From Blastocatellia bacterium (GTDB lineage: Bacteria > Acidobacteriota > Blastocatellia > UBA7656), in the NCBI GenBank assembly GCA_963765495.1, contig CAVXWP010000009.1, forward strand, positions 320,001 to 384,000: a stretch of 64,000 bases of DNA, read 5' to 3'. The notes under the pieces were generated by a model. It saw nothing but the letters and a program-made list of their open reading frames with translations, did not search any database and was not told where the DNA came from. Below are positions 51,723 through 62,100 of this stretch, piece by piece. How positions within the stretch are numbered: position 1 is the stretch's first letter; each line of letters opens with the position of its first letter. The position numbers were made by a program, and so were the translations under genes.

Positions 51723-54146
51723 CTACTCATAGCGCAGCGCAACCATCGGGTCTACTTTCGTGGCTCGTCGGGCCGGGATAAAACTGGCTCCCAGAGCCAC
51801 TCCTATCAGAATCACAGAAATCAGGATAAATATGCTCGGGTCGGTCGCGCTCACCCCGAAGAGCAGGCTCTCCATCAAACGGGTCAATGCGAATGCGCCA
51901 ACAAGCCCCGCTGAAACTCCTACGAAGCAGAAGATCGCAACCTGTCGAACGATGAGTCTGAGCACGTCTCTCGCGCTCGCGCCGAGCGCCATGCGGATTC
52001 CTATTTCACGCGTGCGCTGCGTGACCGTATAAGACATCACCCCGTAAACCCCGACCGTCGCCAGTATCAAAGCAAGCGCGCCAAAGACCCCGAGCAATAA
52101 CATAATCAACCGGGGTTGAGCTACGGCATCAGAGATGCGCTCCTCAAGCGTCTTTACATCGGCGACCGGCTGATCAGAGTCCACCGCAAACACCTGGCTT
52201 CGCACCGAAGCCGCAAGGCTCAGGGGGTCGGCATCGGTTCGCACGAGCAGAGTCATCGAGCGTGTAGGACGTTGAGCGTACGGCACATAAATCTCCGGGC
52301 CAGCCTCTTCGGTCCATCCGTCCTGTCGCACGTCTCCGACTACGCCGACAATCGTGCGGCATAATTCATCCCCGCAACCATAGCTTATTCTCTTGCCGAG
52401 AGGGTTCTGGTCGGGGAAAAAACGTCGCGCCATCGCTTCGTTTATGAGGGCGACCCGGGGGCTTCCTTCCGCGTCGCTGTCGGTCAGTTCGCGCCCCTGC
52501 AATAAGGGGATTTGCATCGCGCGGAAGTAATCAGCGTTGACCGCGCCGACTCCGATGGGGCGGTCTTTTGCGGGCTCCAGCTTTGGCACTCCTTCTATGT
52601 TGAAGTATGCGATCATATTGAAACCGTTCAGAGGAACGTGGCTGATCGCGCCGACCGATTTCACGCCGGAAAGGCTTCTTGTTTTTTCAAGCACCTGCTG
52701 GTAAAACGACGACACCTTTGCGGAATCGGCATATCTGTTTCTGGGGAGGTCCACGCGCAGGGTCAGGACGTTTTCAGGGTTGTAACCCGGTTTCACATCG
52801 AGCAATCGCGCAAAGCTCTTAATCATCAGCCCCGCGCCTATCAATAGCACAAGCGCGAGCGCGAGTTCTGAGACGACCAGCAGGCTGCGAAGGCTCAAGA
52901 GAGAGCGGGATTGGAATGCTGTCTTTCCGCCGCCTTCTTTCAGCGTCTCATTCAGGTTTGGCTTTGATGCGATGAGCGCCGGGGCGAGGCCGAAAAAGAT
53001 TCCCGTCAGAATTGAAACAAATAGAGTAAAGCCAAGCACCTGTCGATCTATGCCTACATCTTTTATGCCGGGCAGGGAATTTGCGATGTTGCCCGGCATA
53101 CCAGAAAGCAACAGATCAACGCCCCATAACGCGAGAAGGATTCCGAGCGCGCCGCCTGCCAGGGCGAGCATAATACTTTCGGTCAGAAGTTGCCGCATAA
53201 TGTCGGAGCGCCGAGCGCCGAGTGCCGAGCGAATGGCTATCTCTTTTTGTCTGGAAGAAGCGCGAGCCAGCAGCAGATTTGCGACATTGGCGCAGGCTAT
53301 GAGCAACACGAAACAGACAGCGCCAAGCAATAGCAAGAGCGCGGGTCTGATCTCTCCGACGAGGTGAGCGTGCAGTGGGACCACTTCGATTCGCGTGTTT
53401 TCAAGCATGCCGGGGAACTTTTCAGCAACTCTGTCCTCGATGGTGTTCAGGTCGGCCTGAGCGCGCTCGATGCTGATTTGAGGTTTGATTCGGGCAACGA
53501 TTTCAAGAAGCGAAAATGTATCTCCGGTCTTTTCAGCCGCTTCGTCAAGCGCAAGAGGCATCCATATTTCGAAGGTCTGCGGAAAGCGAAAACTCGCGGG
53601 CATTATGCCGACGACCGTGTATGTCTTATCGTTGAGCGTGATGGTCTGCCCTATCAGACCAGGGTCGCCGCCATATCGTCGCTGCCAGAACCCCTGGCTC
53701 ACGACTACTACCTGACCGTGGCCGGGCGCGTCTTCTTCTGGCATAAAAACGCGACCGCTTATGGGTTGCACTCCGAGCAGGGGGAAGAGATTCGCCGTGA
53801 CCCGCGCGACAGTGATTCTTTCCGGCTCGTCGCCTCCGGTCAGATTGAAGTTATCGGTGCTATAACCTGCTATCTGTTCGAAAGCTTCTGACTGGTCCCG
53901 CCAGTCGAAATATTCAAAGGCCGCGATTCCGGGCAAACCCTTACCCATAGCCGCTTTATTGATAGCGAATATTCTTGCGGGGTCACGATAAGGAAGCGGG
54001 CGCAATAATACGGCATTGACCACGCTGAAGATAGCCGTGTTTGCGCCTATCCCAAGCGCAAGCGTCAGCACCGCTACCGCCGCGAACCCAGGCTTCTTCA
54101 TCAGCACCCTTGTCGCGTACCTCACGTCCTGCCACAGTCTTTCCAT
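51723..54146 (-). CDS. ADOP-type duplicated ABC permease #11
   Basis: Start moved to ATG 54146 ([12 protein letters not shown]). Confidence 0.93.
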   Translation of the reverse strand: MERLWQDVRYATRVLMKKPGFAAVAVLTLALGIGANTAIFSVVNAVLLRPLPYRDPARIFAINKAAMGKGLPGIAAFEYFDWRDQSEAFEQIAGYSTDNFNLTGGDEPERITVARVTANLFPLLGVQPISGRVFMPEEDAPGHGQVVVVSQGFWQRRYGGDPGLIGQTITLNDKTYTVVGIMPASFRFPQTFEIWMPLALDEAAEKTGDTFSLLEIVARIKPQISIERAQADLNTIEDRVAEKFPGMLENTRIEVVPLHAHLVGEIRPALLLLLGAVCFVLLIACANVANLLLARASSRQKEIAIRSALGARRSDIMRQLLTESIMLALAGGALGILLALWGVDLLLSGMPGNIANSLPGIKDVGIDRQVLGFTLFVSILTGIFFGLAPALIASKPNLNETLKEGGGKTAFQSRSLLSLRSLLVVSELALALVLLIGAGLMIKSFARLLDVKPGYNPENVLTLRVDLPRNRYADSAKVSSFYQQVLEKTRSLSGVKSVGAISHVPLNGFNMIAYFNIEGVPKLEPAKDRPIGVGAVNADYFRAMQIPLLQGRELTDSDAEGSPRVALINEAMARRFFPDQNPLGKRISYGCGDELCRTIVGVVGDVRQDGWTEEAGPEIYVPYAQRPTRSMTLLVRTDADPLSLAASVRSQVFAVDSDQPVADVKTLEERISDAVAQPRLIMLLLGVFGALALILATVGVYGVMSYTVTQRTREIGIRMALGASARDVLRLIVRQVAIFCFVGVSAGLVGAFALTRLMESLLFGVSATDPSIFILISVILIGVALGASFIPARRATKVDPMVALRYE

Positions 54147-54163
54147 CTCTCCTCCTTCGATAG

Positions 54164-54272
54164 GTTTTGAGTTTTGAGTTTTGAGTTTTGAATAGGTGGT
54201 ATCCGACTCCGGCATTATTACCTACAATGGAAAACTCAAAACTCAAAATTCAAAACTCAAAACTCAAAATTC
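54164..54272. repeat. GTTTTGA-family inverted element, core allele 1, orientation B
   Basis: Core aataggtggtatccgactccggcattattacctacaatggaaaa from 54191; 4 differences from the 46567 core. Confidence 0.92.
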
Positions 54273-54280
54273 ACCCCTCC

Positions 54281-56707
54281 CTACTCATAGCGCAGCGCAA
54301 CCATCGGGTCTACCTTCGTGGCTCGCCGGGCCGGGATGAAACTGGCTCCCAGAGCCACTCCTATCAGAATCACAGAAATCAGGATAAATATGCTCGGGTC
54401 GGTCGCGCTCACTCCGAAGAGCAGGCTCTCCATCAGACGGGTCAATGCGAATGCGCCAACAAGCCCCGCGCCGACACCGATGACGGTAAGCAGGACGGCC
54501 TGCCCTACGACAAGGCGGAGCACATCGCCTGATCTGGCACCAAGCGCCACGCGGATTCCTATTTCGTGTGTTCGCTGCGTGACCGCATAAGAGATAACGC
54601 CATAGATTCCGACCGCCGCAAGGATCATCGCTAGCGATGAGAATACCGCAAGCAGAAACATTGTGAAGCGCGGCGCGGCAATCGATGTGGAGAGCAATTC
54701 TTCCATAGTCTGAACGTCTGAGACAGCCAGATTCGGATCAAGCGACTGAACCTGACTGCGCACGGCAGAGGCAAGATTCAGCGGATTTGAGGAGGCACGC
54801 ACGGTCAGGGTCATCGCCTTTGAGGGAACCTGCCCGTGGGAAAAATACATCGTAGGGCGCGCATCCACATCCAGCCCGAATTGCTTAACGTCTTCGACTA
54901 CGCCTACGATTTCGCGCCAGGTCGGCTTTTCAGGATCGCCCGTCCCGAGTCGTTTCCCGACCGGGTCTTCATCGGGCCAGAACCGGTTGGCCATGCTCTG
55001 GCTGATGATGACCGCCACCGGAGAGCTTGCATTATCTCGCTCTGTAAAGAACCGCCCGCGTACCAGCCGCATACCTATCGCGCGAAGGTAATCGGGCGTG
55101 ACGACCGAGTACCACGCGGCAGGCTCATTCCCCGGCTGCGGGAGTGGGCGTCCTTCGACTATGAAATTCGCATCCGTGTCGTTACCTATGAGAGGAAGCG
55201 AAGAGGCGGCCCCGGCGCTCTCGACACCGGGCAGGGCCTTGACCTTTTCCAGAAGCTCGGCGTAGAAGACAGCCGCCTGCTGGCGTTCCGGGTATCGAGT
55301 AGCCGGAAGCGCAACGTTCACGGTAAGCACATTCTCGGGATTGAATCCGGGGTCTACGCTTCTCAGCTTGATGAAGCTCTTTATCAACAACCCGGCACCG
55401 ACCAGCAGAATCAAAGCCAGCGCCACTTCCGCCACTACGAGCAGGCTGCGTATGCGTCCACCTGATGCGCCGCTGCTTGCCCCCTTCCCTTCCTTGAGCG
55501 TGCTGTTGAGATCAGGCTTCGTAGTCTGCAAGGCGGGGGCGAGGCCGAATATAAATCCCGTGAGCAGCGTCATCGCCACGGTAAAGCCGAGCACCGTTGA
55601 ATCCATTCGTATCTCGTTTACGCGAGGAGTACCGGCAGGAGCAAAGGCCACGAGCAGATCGACCATCCAGAAGGCCAGAAGCAAGCCGAGCGCGCCGCCT
55701 ACGATTGCAAGCAACAGGCTTTCGGTGAGGAGTTGACGCACGAGGCGCGAACGCCGAGCGCCGAGCGCCGAACGGATAGCTATCTCTTTTCCTCGCGCCG
55801 TGGCTCGGGCTAACAGGAGGTTCGCCACATTCGCGCAGGCAATCAGCAGGACAAGCCCGACCGAGGCGAGCAGAATCAGCAGCGCCGGTTTGAGGTTGCC
55901 CACTATCTGTTCCTGCAATGGCACAAGCGTGATCGCCTCGCCCATGCCGGATTCCGGGTACTGGGCAGCAAGGCGGGCGGCGAGGCCGTTCATTTCCGAC
56001 GCTGCGCCCTCAAGCGTGGTATCGGGCTTCATACGCGCAATGACCCGGAGGACATAGCAGCCGCGCCCGCATCGGTCGGGAAAAGTGGGTCGAAGCGGCC
56101 TCCATATCTCCGCTTTGGCAAAATCGAGTATTGGGAATTTAAACCCGGCGGGCAAGACGCCTATCACCGTGTAGCTCTCTCCGCTGAGCGTGAGCGGCTT
56201 GCCCAAGATTGAGGGGTCCGCGCCAAAGCGGTTTTGCCATAAGCTGTGACTGAGGATCACGACCGGGGAACTGCCGGGCTGATCATCTTCCGGGAGGAAG
56301 TTGCGACCCACGACAGGCTCGGTTCCCAGCAGCGAGAACATGTCGTAGGAAACCGACCCACCGTTTAGCTGCTCAGGTTCGTTTATGCCTGTCAGCGTAG
56401 GCCCCCAGTTAATCATCGCGGCCATCGAATCGAACAACCGGTTCTGGTCCTTCCAATCTGAAAAGGTGGGAAGACAGGTCCATTCCTGAGCGGGACCGCC
56501 GCGCGATTGTTGATCTTCCCACACCATGACGAGTCGATCGGGATTCTTGTAAGGGAGCGAGTTAAACAGCAATGCGTTTACCACGCTGAAGATGGCCGAA
56601 TTTGCTCCTATCCCGAGAGCCAGCGCAATCACGGCTATAAATGTAAAGCCGGGGCTTTTGAGCAGTGTCCGAACACCATATCGAAGGTCTTGCAAGAGAG
56701 TATCCAT
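54281..56707 (-). CDS. ADOP-type duplicated ABC permease #12
   Basis: [13 protein letters not shown]...[17 protein letters not shown]. Confidence 0.93.
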   Translation of the reverse strand: MDTLLQDLRYGVRTLLKSPGFTFIAVIALALGIGANSAIFSVVNALLFNSLPYKNPDRLVMVWEDQQSRGGPAQEWTCLPTFSDWKDQNRLFDSMAAMINWGPTLTGINEPEQLNGGSVSYDMFSLLGTEPVVGRNFLPEDDQPGSSPVVILSHSLWQNRFGADPSILGKPLTLSGESYTVIGVLPAGFKFPILDFAKAEIWRPLRPTFPDRCGRGCYVLRVIARMKPDTTLEGAASEMNGLAARLAAQYPESGMGEAITLVPLQEQIVGNLKPALLILLASVGLVLLIACANVANLLLARATARGKEIAIRSALGARRSRLVRQLLTESLLLAIVGGALGLLLAFWMVDLLVAFAPAGTPRVNEIRMDSTVLGFTVAMTLLTGFIFGLAPALQTTKPDLNSTLKEGKGASSGASGGRIRSLLVVAEVALALILLVGAGLLIKSFIKLRSVDPGFNPENVLTVNVALPATRYPERQQAAVFYAELLEKVKALPGVESAGAASSLPLIGNDTDANFIVEGRPLPQPGNEPAAWYSVVTPDYLRAIGMRLVRGRFFTERDNASSPVAVIISQSMANRFWPDEDPVGKRLGTGDPEKPTWREIVGVVEDVKQFGLDVDARPTMYFSHGQVPSKAMTLTVRASSNPLNLASAVRSQVQSLDPNLAVSDVQTMEELLSTSIAAPRFTMFLLAVFSSLAMILAAVGIYGVISYAVTQRTHEIGIRVALGARSGDVLRLVVGQAVLLTVIGVGAGLVGAFALTRLMESLLFGVSATDPSIFILISVILIGVALGASFIPARRATKVDPMVALRYE

Positions 56708-56735
56708 GAGGTTCTCCGAAATCTAAGATTTGAAA

Positions 56736-56829
56736 TGATCCGTGATGCGTGATGCGTGATTTTAAGGGAGCCTGCCTGTTAAAGATAACGTGCAAGGCAG
56801 GTAAATCACGCATCACGCATCGCGCATCG
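56736..56829. repeat. TGATGCG-family inverted element, 46-bp core
   Basis: Core ttttaagggagcctgcctgttaaagataacgtgcaaggcaggtaaa (56760-56805). Confidence 0.88.
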
Positions 56830-59265
56830 CTATTCGTACCTGAGCGCTTCCATCGGGTCTACTGCGGCAGCGCGACGAGCCGGAATATAGCTGGCCAGCA
56901 ACGATACGCAGCCCATCAGGATCGAGATGCCGATAAACATCAACGGGTCGGTTGCGCTCACCCCGAAGAGCAGGCTCCCCATCAAGCGCGTAAGAGCAAT
57001 GGAGGCTGCGACCCCCGCGCCTACGCCAAAGGAGACGAGCGTAATAGCCTGCCCGACGACCATCTTCAGCACGTCGGATGTCTTTGCGCCGAGCGCCATA
57101 CGTATTCCTATTTCGTGAGTGCGACGGCTCACCGAATAAGAGATAACGCCATAAATGCCTATTGCCGCAAGCAGCATCGCTACCAGGGCAAAAAAGCCTA
57201 CCAGCATCAATGTAAAGCGCGGTCTGGAAACCGAGGCGGCGGCGATGTCATCAAGAGTCCTCACATCGGCTATAGGAAGGTCTTTGTCCAGAGCAAGCAC
57301 CTCGCGCCGAACGGCTTCGACAAGACTGAGCGGGGAAGTATCCGTCCGCAAAGCCAGTATCATCTCGCTATAAGGAGCCTGGGCGTGCGGCCAATAGAAT
57401 GCCGGTTCGGCAGAGGCCGCACCCGGCGTGTCTTTTACGTCGCCAACTACGCCTGCGACGGTGAGCCAATCTTCTTCTTTCGGGTTATCGTTAAAGGTTA
57501 TGCGTTTGCCTACCGCATTCTCTCCCGGCCAGTAGCGATTTGCCATGCTCTCATTTATCAGAATGACCGACGGGGCATCCGCCTTGTCCGAACCTGTAAG
57601 GAAACGACCCGCAACGAGCGGCACTCCTATGGTCTGAAAGTATTCCGGGCTGACGAAATGGTAACGGGCGTGGGGTCCATTTTCGGGGTCGCTCACCTTT
57701 CCTTCCACCGTAAAGGATGTGTTCTCGTCGTATCCATCCCACGGCAGGTCCGACGTGATGGCTGCCGAGCGCACCGCAGGCAGCGCCTTTACGCGATCAA
57801 TGAGGCTCTGGTAAAACTCCACCCGCTTATCGCCTTTTTCATACCGCGCGCGCGGCAGAGGTATGCTCATCGTGAGCACATTCTGAGGATTGAATCCCGG
57901 CTCTACCCTTTCGAGATTTAGGAAGCTCTGCATCAGCAACCCTGCGCCGATCAATAGCACAAAGGCGAGCGATACTTCGGTTATGACGAGCAGGCTGCGC
58001 AATCTGCGCTGACGAGGCCCGCCAAACGTACCTCGTCCTCCTTCTTTCAGCAACTCATTTATGTTCACCTTTGAGCCTTGAAAGGCCGGAACCAGACCAA
58101 ACAACAATCCGGTCAGAAAAGTAAGCCCAACGGCAAACATGAGGATGCGGCTGTCAACCCCGATCATGTGCGCCCGGGGGAGTGTCTCGGAGCTTAGCGT
58201 AAGCAGAAGATCAATCATCCACATGGCAAGCAGCAGGCCGAGCAAACCTCCGAGCGTGGCAATCAGAAAGCTTTCGGTCAGCATCTGCCGGACCAGTCGA
58301 AAACGCCCTGCGCCGAGCGCCGTGCGAACGGCCATCTCTCTTTCACGGGCGGTGGCGCGAGCGAGCATTAGATTTGCGACATTTGTGCAGGCAATCAAGA
58401 GCACAAAACAGACGGCCCCAAGCAACACAAACAGCGCAGGGCGCGCCCCACCAACGATCTCTTCGCGCAATCCCTTTACCATTATTCGCCAGTCCTTGTT
58501 CGAGTCGGGGTATTGCTGTTCGAGGCCAGCAGCTATCAGGTTCATCTCCGTTTCGGCCTGCTGTTGGCTGATGCCCGGTTTGAGACGGGCCACGACATTC
58601 AGATAGTGAGAGCCTCGTTGCGCTTGCTGCGGATTCAGGATAAATGGAACCCAGACGGCCACGGTCTCTCCGTGCGAAAGCGATCTGTAGGTGCCTCCGA
58701 CATGCTGAAATCCTGCGGGCATGACGCCGACCACAACATAGGGATTGCCGGACAGCGTAATTGTCTTTCCGACGATTTCAGGGTCTGACGCAAAACTGCG
58801 CTGCCAGAGGGCGTGGCTGAGCATCGCTACCTTTTCTTTGCCCGGGAGCTCCTCTTCGCGCAAAAACGGGCGGCCAAGCTCGGGCTGATAGCCTAGAAGT
58901 TCGAAATAACCTGATGATATTAACAGGCAGGGCAGGAGTTCGGGTTTGTCGCCGAGAGAGAGTTCCAAATCCTGCCGTGTATAAACCGCCAGGCCATCGA
59001 ATACGTTGTTTCGTTCCCTGTAATCGAGAAAATTAGCAGGCGACATAGGGAACTTGGGATATTGCGGGTATTGCTCAAAGACCCTCACCAATCGATCAGG
59101 CTCTTTGTAAGGAAGCGGCTTGAGCAGTATGCCGTTGACCACACTGAAGATAGCCGTATTCGCACCAATCCCGATGGCAAGCGTCAGCACGGCCACAACC
59201 GTAAAGCCGGGATTCTTTAATGTCATCCGAAAACCATAGCGTGCGTCCTGCCAGAGTCTTTCCAT
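56830..59265 (-). CDS. ADOP-type duplicated ABC permease #13
   Basis: [13 protein letters not shown]...[17 protein letters not shown]. Confidence 0.93.
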   Translation of the reverse strand: MERLWQDARYGFRMTLKNPGFTVVAVLTLAIGIGANTAIFSVVNGILLKPLPYKEPDRLVRVFEQYPQYPKFPMSPANFLDYRERNNVFDGLAVYTRQDLELSLGDKPELLPCLLISSGYFELLGYQPELGRPFLREEELPGKEKVAMLSHALWQRSFASDPEIVGKTITLSGNPYVVVGVMPAGFQHVGGTYRSLSHGETVAVWVPFILNPQQAQRGSHYLNVVARLKPGISQQQAETEMNLIAAGLEQQYPDSNKDWRIMVKGLREEIVGGARPALFVLLGAVCFVLLIACTNVANLMLARATAREREMAVRTALGAGRFRLVRQMLTESFLIATLGGLLGLLLAMWMIDLLLTLSSETLPRAHMIGVDSRILMFAVGLTFLTGLLFGLVPAFQGSKVNINELLKEGGRGTFGGPRQRRLRSLLVITEVSLAFVLLIGAGLLMQSFLNLERVEPGFNPQNVLTMSIPLPRARYEKGDKRVEFYQSLIDRVKALPAVRSAAITSDLPWDGYDENTSFTVEGKVSDPENGPHARYHFVSPEYFQTIGVPLVAGRFLTGSDKADAPSVILINESMANRYWPGENAVGKRITFNDNPKEEDWLTVAGVVGDVKDTPGAASAEPAFYWPHAQAPYSEMILALRTDTSPLSLVEAVRREVLALDKDLPIADVRTLDDIAAASVSRPRFTLMLVGFFALVAMLLAAIGIYGVISYSVSRRTHEIGIRMALGAKTSDVLKMVVGQAITLVSFGVGAGVAASIALTRLMGSLLFGVSATDPLMFIGISILMGCVSLLASYIPARRAAAVDPMEALRYE

Positions 59266-59282
59266 GTCTCCTCCTTCGATAG

Positions 59283-59391
59283 GTTTTGAGTTTTGAGTTT
59301 TGAGTTTTGAATTTTGAATGGGTGGTTCCCGACTCCAGCACTTTTACCTCCAACTCAAAACTCAAAACTCAAAACTCAAAACTCAAAACTC
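59283..59391. repeat. GTTTTGA-family inverted element, core allele 2, orientation B
   Basis: aatgggtggttcccgactccagcacttttacctccaact from 59317 is the reverse complement of the 51635 core with 1 internal mismatch. Confidence 0.92.
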
Positions 59392-59399
59392 ACCCCTCC

Positions 59400-61775
59400 C
59401 TACTCATAGCGCAGCGCAACCATCGGGTCCACCTTCGTGGCTCGTCTGGCCGGGATGAAACTGGCTCCCAGAGCCACTCCCAGCAGAGTCAGTGAAATAG
59501 CGATAAAGGTCACAGGATCGGTAGCGCTCACGCCGAAAAGCATGTTTTCCATCAAACGAGTCAAAAGCAGCGCGCCCACGATTCCTATGCCGATGCCGAT
59601 CAGCGAAAGCGTCAACCCCTGCCCGATCACTTGCTTCAATACGGCTCGGGGCTGCGCGCCAAGCGCAATGCGAATGCCTATTTCATGGGTGCGTTGCGTG
59701 ACCGCATAAGAGATCACGCCGTATATCCCTACTGCCGCGAGCAGCAGCGCAAGCCCTGCAAATATTGTGAGCAGAAGGGCATTGAATCTGGGCTGCGAGA
59801 CCGACTGCGAAACCAGTTGTTGCATTGGCTTTATGCCGGAGGCGGTCAATTCAGGGTTGACCGATGCGACGGCTTTTTGAACCGCCGCCGAAACGCTCAT
59901 CGGCTCGCCTTTTGTCTGCACCATCACGTATTCCCAGAGAAACGGGGTCTGGGCAAACGGCGTGTAGACGGCCGCCTCGCCCGGATCATCCAACCCCGAA
60001 TACCTTACATCCGCAACCACTCCGACGATCTCTCGCCAGTCCGGTTTCTGCTCGGGGTTGACGAGTTTGAGGCGGTGGCCTAAAGCGTCCCCTTGCGGGA
60101 AGAGGTTGCGGGCGAGACTTCGATTGATGATCGCAACTCGTGGAGAGGTTTCACCGTCGCGCTCGTCAAATTCCCTTCCATTTATGAGAGGGGTTCCGAG
60201 TGCGCGGAAGTAATTTGGAGTGGCGGCTATAAAATAAGCCGTATCCGCGCCGGGGCCGAGTGTCGGAAGTCCCTCGATTTCATACCCGGTGGCGCGTTGG
60301 GCCGTCAGCGGCGGAAGAGCCGTTCCCCCGCCGGCAACTTCTACGCCGGGAACCTTGCTGATTTGTTCTACGACCTGCGCAGCCAGCGCGGCCCTCTGCT
60401 GTGGCTCTTTGAAACCGACCAGCCCGACGTTCATAGTCAGCAGGTTTTCAGACGTGAATCCGGTGTCTACATTCAAGAGACGAGAAAAACTCTTTATCAA
60501 AAGGCCCGCTCCGATCAGCACAACGACCGACAGCGCTACTTCGGTGACAACGAGCGCGCTTCTCAATCGTCGTCCGCGAGCGCCGCTTGTGCCGCCTCGC
60601 CCGCCCTCCTTCAAAGACTCGTTCAGGTTTATTCGCGCGGCCTGAAACATCGGCGCGAGCCCAAAGACAAACCCGGTCAACAGGGCAGCGCCCAGGGTGA
60701 AAGCAAGAACCGGCAGGTCTATTTTGATGGAATCGGCTCGCGGGATGTCCGCCGCGCCAAGCGCGGGCAGAATATCGACCAGCCAGAAGGCCAGCAACAA
60801 TCCGAGCGCGCCGCCGATGGCTGCAAGCAGCAGGCTTTCGGTGAGCAGTTGTCGCGCGACTCGCCATCGCCCCGCGCCGAGCGCCGTGCGTATTGCGATC
60901 TCACGTTCGCGCGCAGCCGTGCGAGCCAGCAACAGATTCGCTACGTTGGCGCAGGCTATCAAGAGAATGAAACCGACTGCGCCGAGCAGGACCCAGAGCG
61001 CGGGTCGAACGTCTCCTACCAGACGGTCATAAAGAGAGGCGAACTCTATCCTCACGCCCGCATTTGTATCCGGGTATCGTTGTTCGAGCAGGGCCGAGAT
61101 GCGGTCAACATCGGCTTGAGCCTGCTCGACAGATACGCCCGGTTTCAGGTGCCCGACAGCCCGAAAGATGCGAAGCTGGCGATTGAGCATCTGCGGAGGC
61201 GTTTCAGCCATCGCCGATCCAAACGTTACCCACAACTCAAAATCCGAACTCGGGAATTGGAACTCGCCAGGCATGACGCCAACTATCGTGTGGGGCCGCC
61301 CGCTGAGCTTTATGGTCGTGCCTAAAACGTTTGGGTCCGAGCCGTAGAGTCGTTTCCAGAGTTTGTAGCTCAACACCACGAGCGGCACCTTGTCATCTTC
61401 TTCGGTGAAGGTGCGACCGAGCGCCGCATCCCCGAGCAGGGGAAAGAATTCGGGCGAAACGATAGCGCCGCGTATCTGTTCCCCCTGCTCACCGTCGGTC
61501 AGGTTGTAGAGATTAGAGGCGAAGACGGCCGTCTGGTCGAATACCTGATTCCCTTCCCTGATGTCGGTGAGGTCGGGCAGAGACAATCCGCCAATGACCA
61601 GCCTGTCGGCATCCTTATAAGGAAGCGGACGTAACAAAACGGCATTCACAACGCTGAAGATCGCCGTGTTGGCCCCTATGCCGAGAGCGAGCGTCAGAAC
61701 AGCTATCGCGGTAAAACCCGGCCTCTTGATAAGCATTCTCAGCCCGTGGCGCGCATCCTGCCAGAATATTTCCAT
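59400..61775 (-). CDS. ADOP-type duplicated ABC permease #14
   Basis: MEIFWQDARHGLR...[17 protein letters not shown]. Confidence 0.93.
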   Translation of the reverse strand: MEIFWQDARHGLRMLIKRPGFTAIAVLTLALGIGANTAIFSVVNAVLLRPLPYKDADRLVIGGLSLPDLTDIREGNQVFDQTAVFASNLYNLTDGEQGEQIRGAIVSPEFFPLLGDAALGRTFTEEDDKVPLVVLSYKLWKRLYGSDPNVLGTTIKLSGRPHTIVGVMPGEFQFPSSDFELWVTFGSAMAETPPQMLNRQLRIFRAVGHLKPGVSVEQAQADVDRISALLEQRYPDTNAGVRIEFASLYDRLVGDVRPALWVLLGAVGFILLIACANVANLLLARTAAREREIAIRTALGAGRWRVARQLLTESLLLAAIGGALGLLLAFWLVDILPALGAADIPRADSIKIDLPVLAFTLGAALLTGFVFGLAPMFQAARINLNESLKEGGRGGTSGARGRRLRSALVVTEVALSVVVLIGAGLLIKSFSRLLNVDTGFTSENLLTMNVGLVGFKEPQQRAALAAQVVEQISKVPGVEVAGGGTALPPLTAQRATGYEIEGLPTLGPGADTAYFIAATPNYFRALGTPLINGREFDERDGETSPRVAIINRSLARNLFPQGDALGHRLKLVNPEQKPDWREIVGVVADVRYSGLDDPGEAAVYTPFAQTPFLWEYVMVQTKGEPMSVSAAVQKAVASVNPELTASGIKPMQQLVSQSVSQPRFNALLLTIFAGLALLLAAVGIYGVISYAVTQRTHEIGIRIALGAQPRAVLKQVIGQGLTLSLIGIGIGIVGALLLTRLMENMLFGVSATDPVTFIAISLTLLGVALGASFIPARRATKVDPMVALRYE

Positions 61776-61861
61776 TATGGTTTCCTCGAAATGTGCCTGC
61801 CCAAAAGCGTAGGTGCGAAGATCAAAGAATCAGTTCGCAAATACAATTCGAACCTGAATAA

Positions 61862-61977
61862 CCAAACGGCGTGCCATCTTTTACAAGCCGGGTCAAACAT
61901 TGAAACAAATCAATTTTGCGGGGATCAAGATCGGGCCAAAGCGTCGAGGTGTACGCTTGTGGGAATCGGCGTTCCCA
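61862..61977 (-). promoter_or_regulatory. sigma54-like promoter plus upstream inverted-repeat site, copy 2
   Basis: Minus strand ATGGCACGCCGTTTGG (61862-61877); GGTGTACGCTTGTGGGAA-N6-TTCCCA at 61948-61977. Confidence 0.65.
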
Positions 61978-62013
61978 TAATCGGAGAGAGAAAGTCTAAT
62001 TTGAGACCTGAAA

Positions 62014-62100
62014 TGATGCGTGATGCGTGATTTTACAAGAGCCTGCCGGTTAAAGACAAAGCGCAAGCATGTAAAATCACGCATCACGCATCACGCATCA
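62014..62100. repeat. TGATGCG-family inverted element, 46-bp core
   Basis: Core ttttacaagagcctgccggttaaagacaaagcgcaagcatgtaaaa, homologous to the 56760 core; abuts the stop at 62101. Confidence 0.88.
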
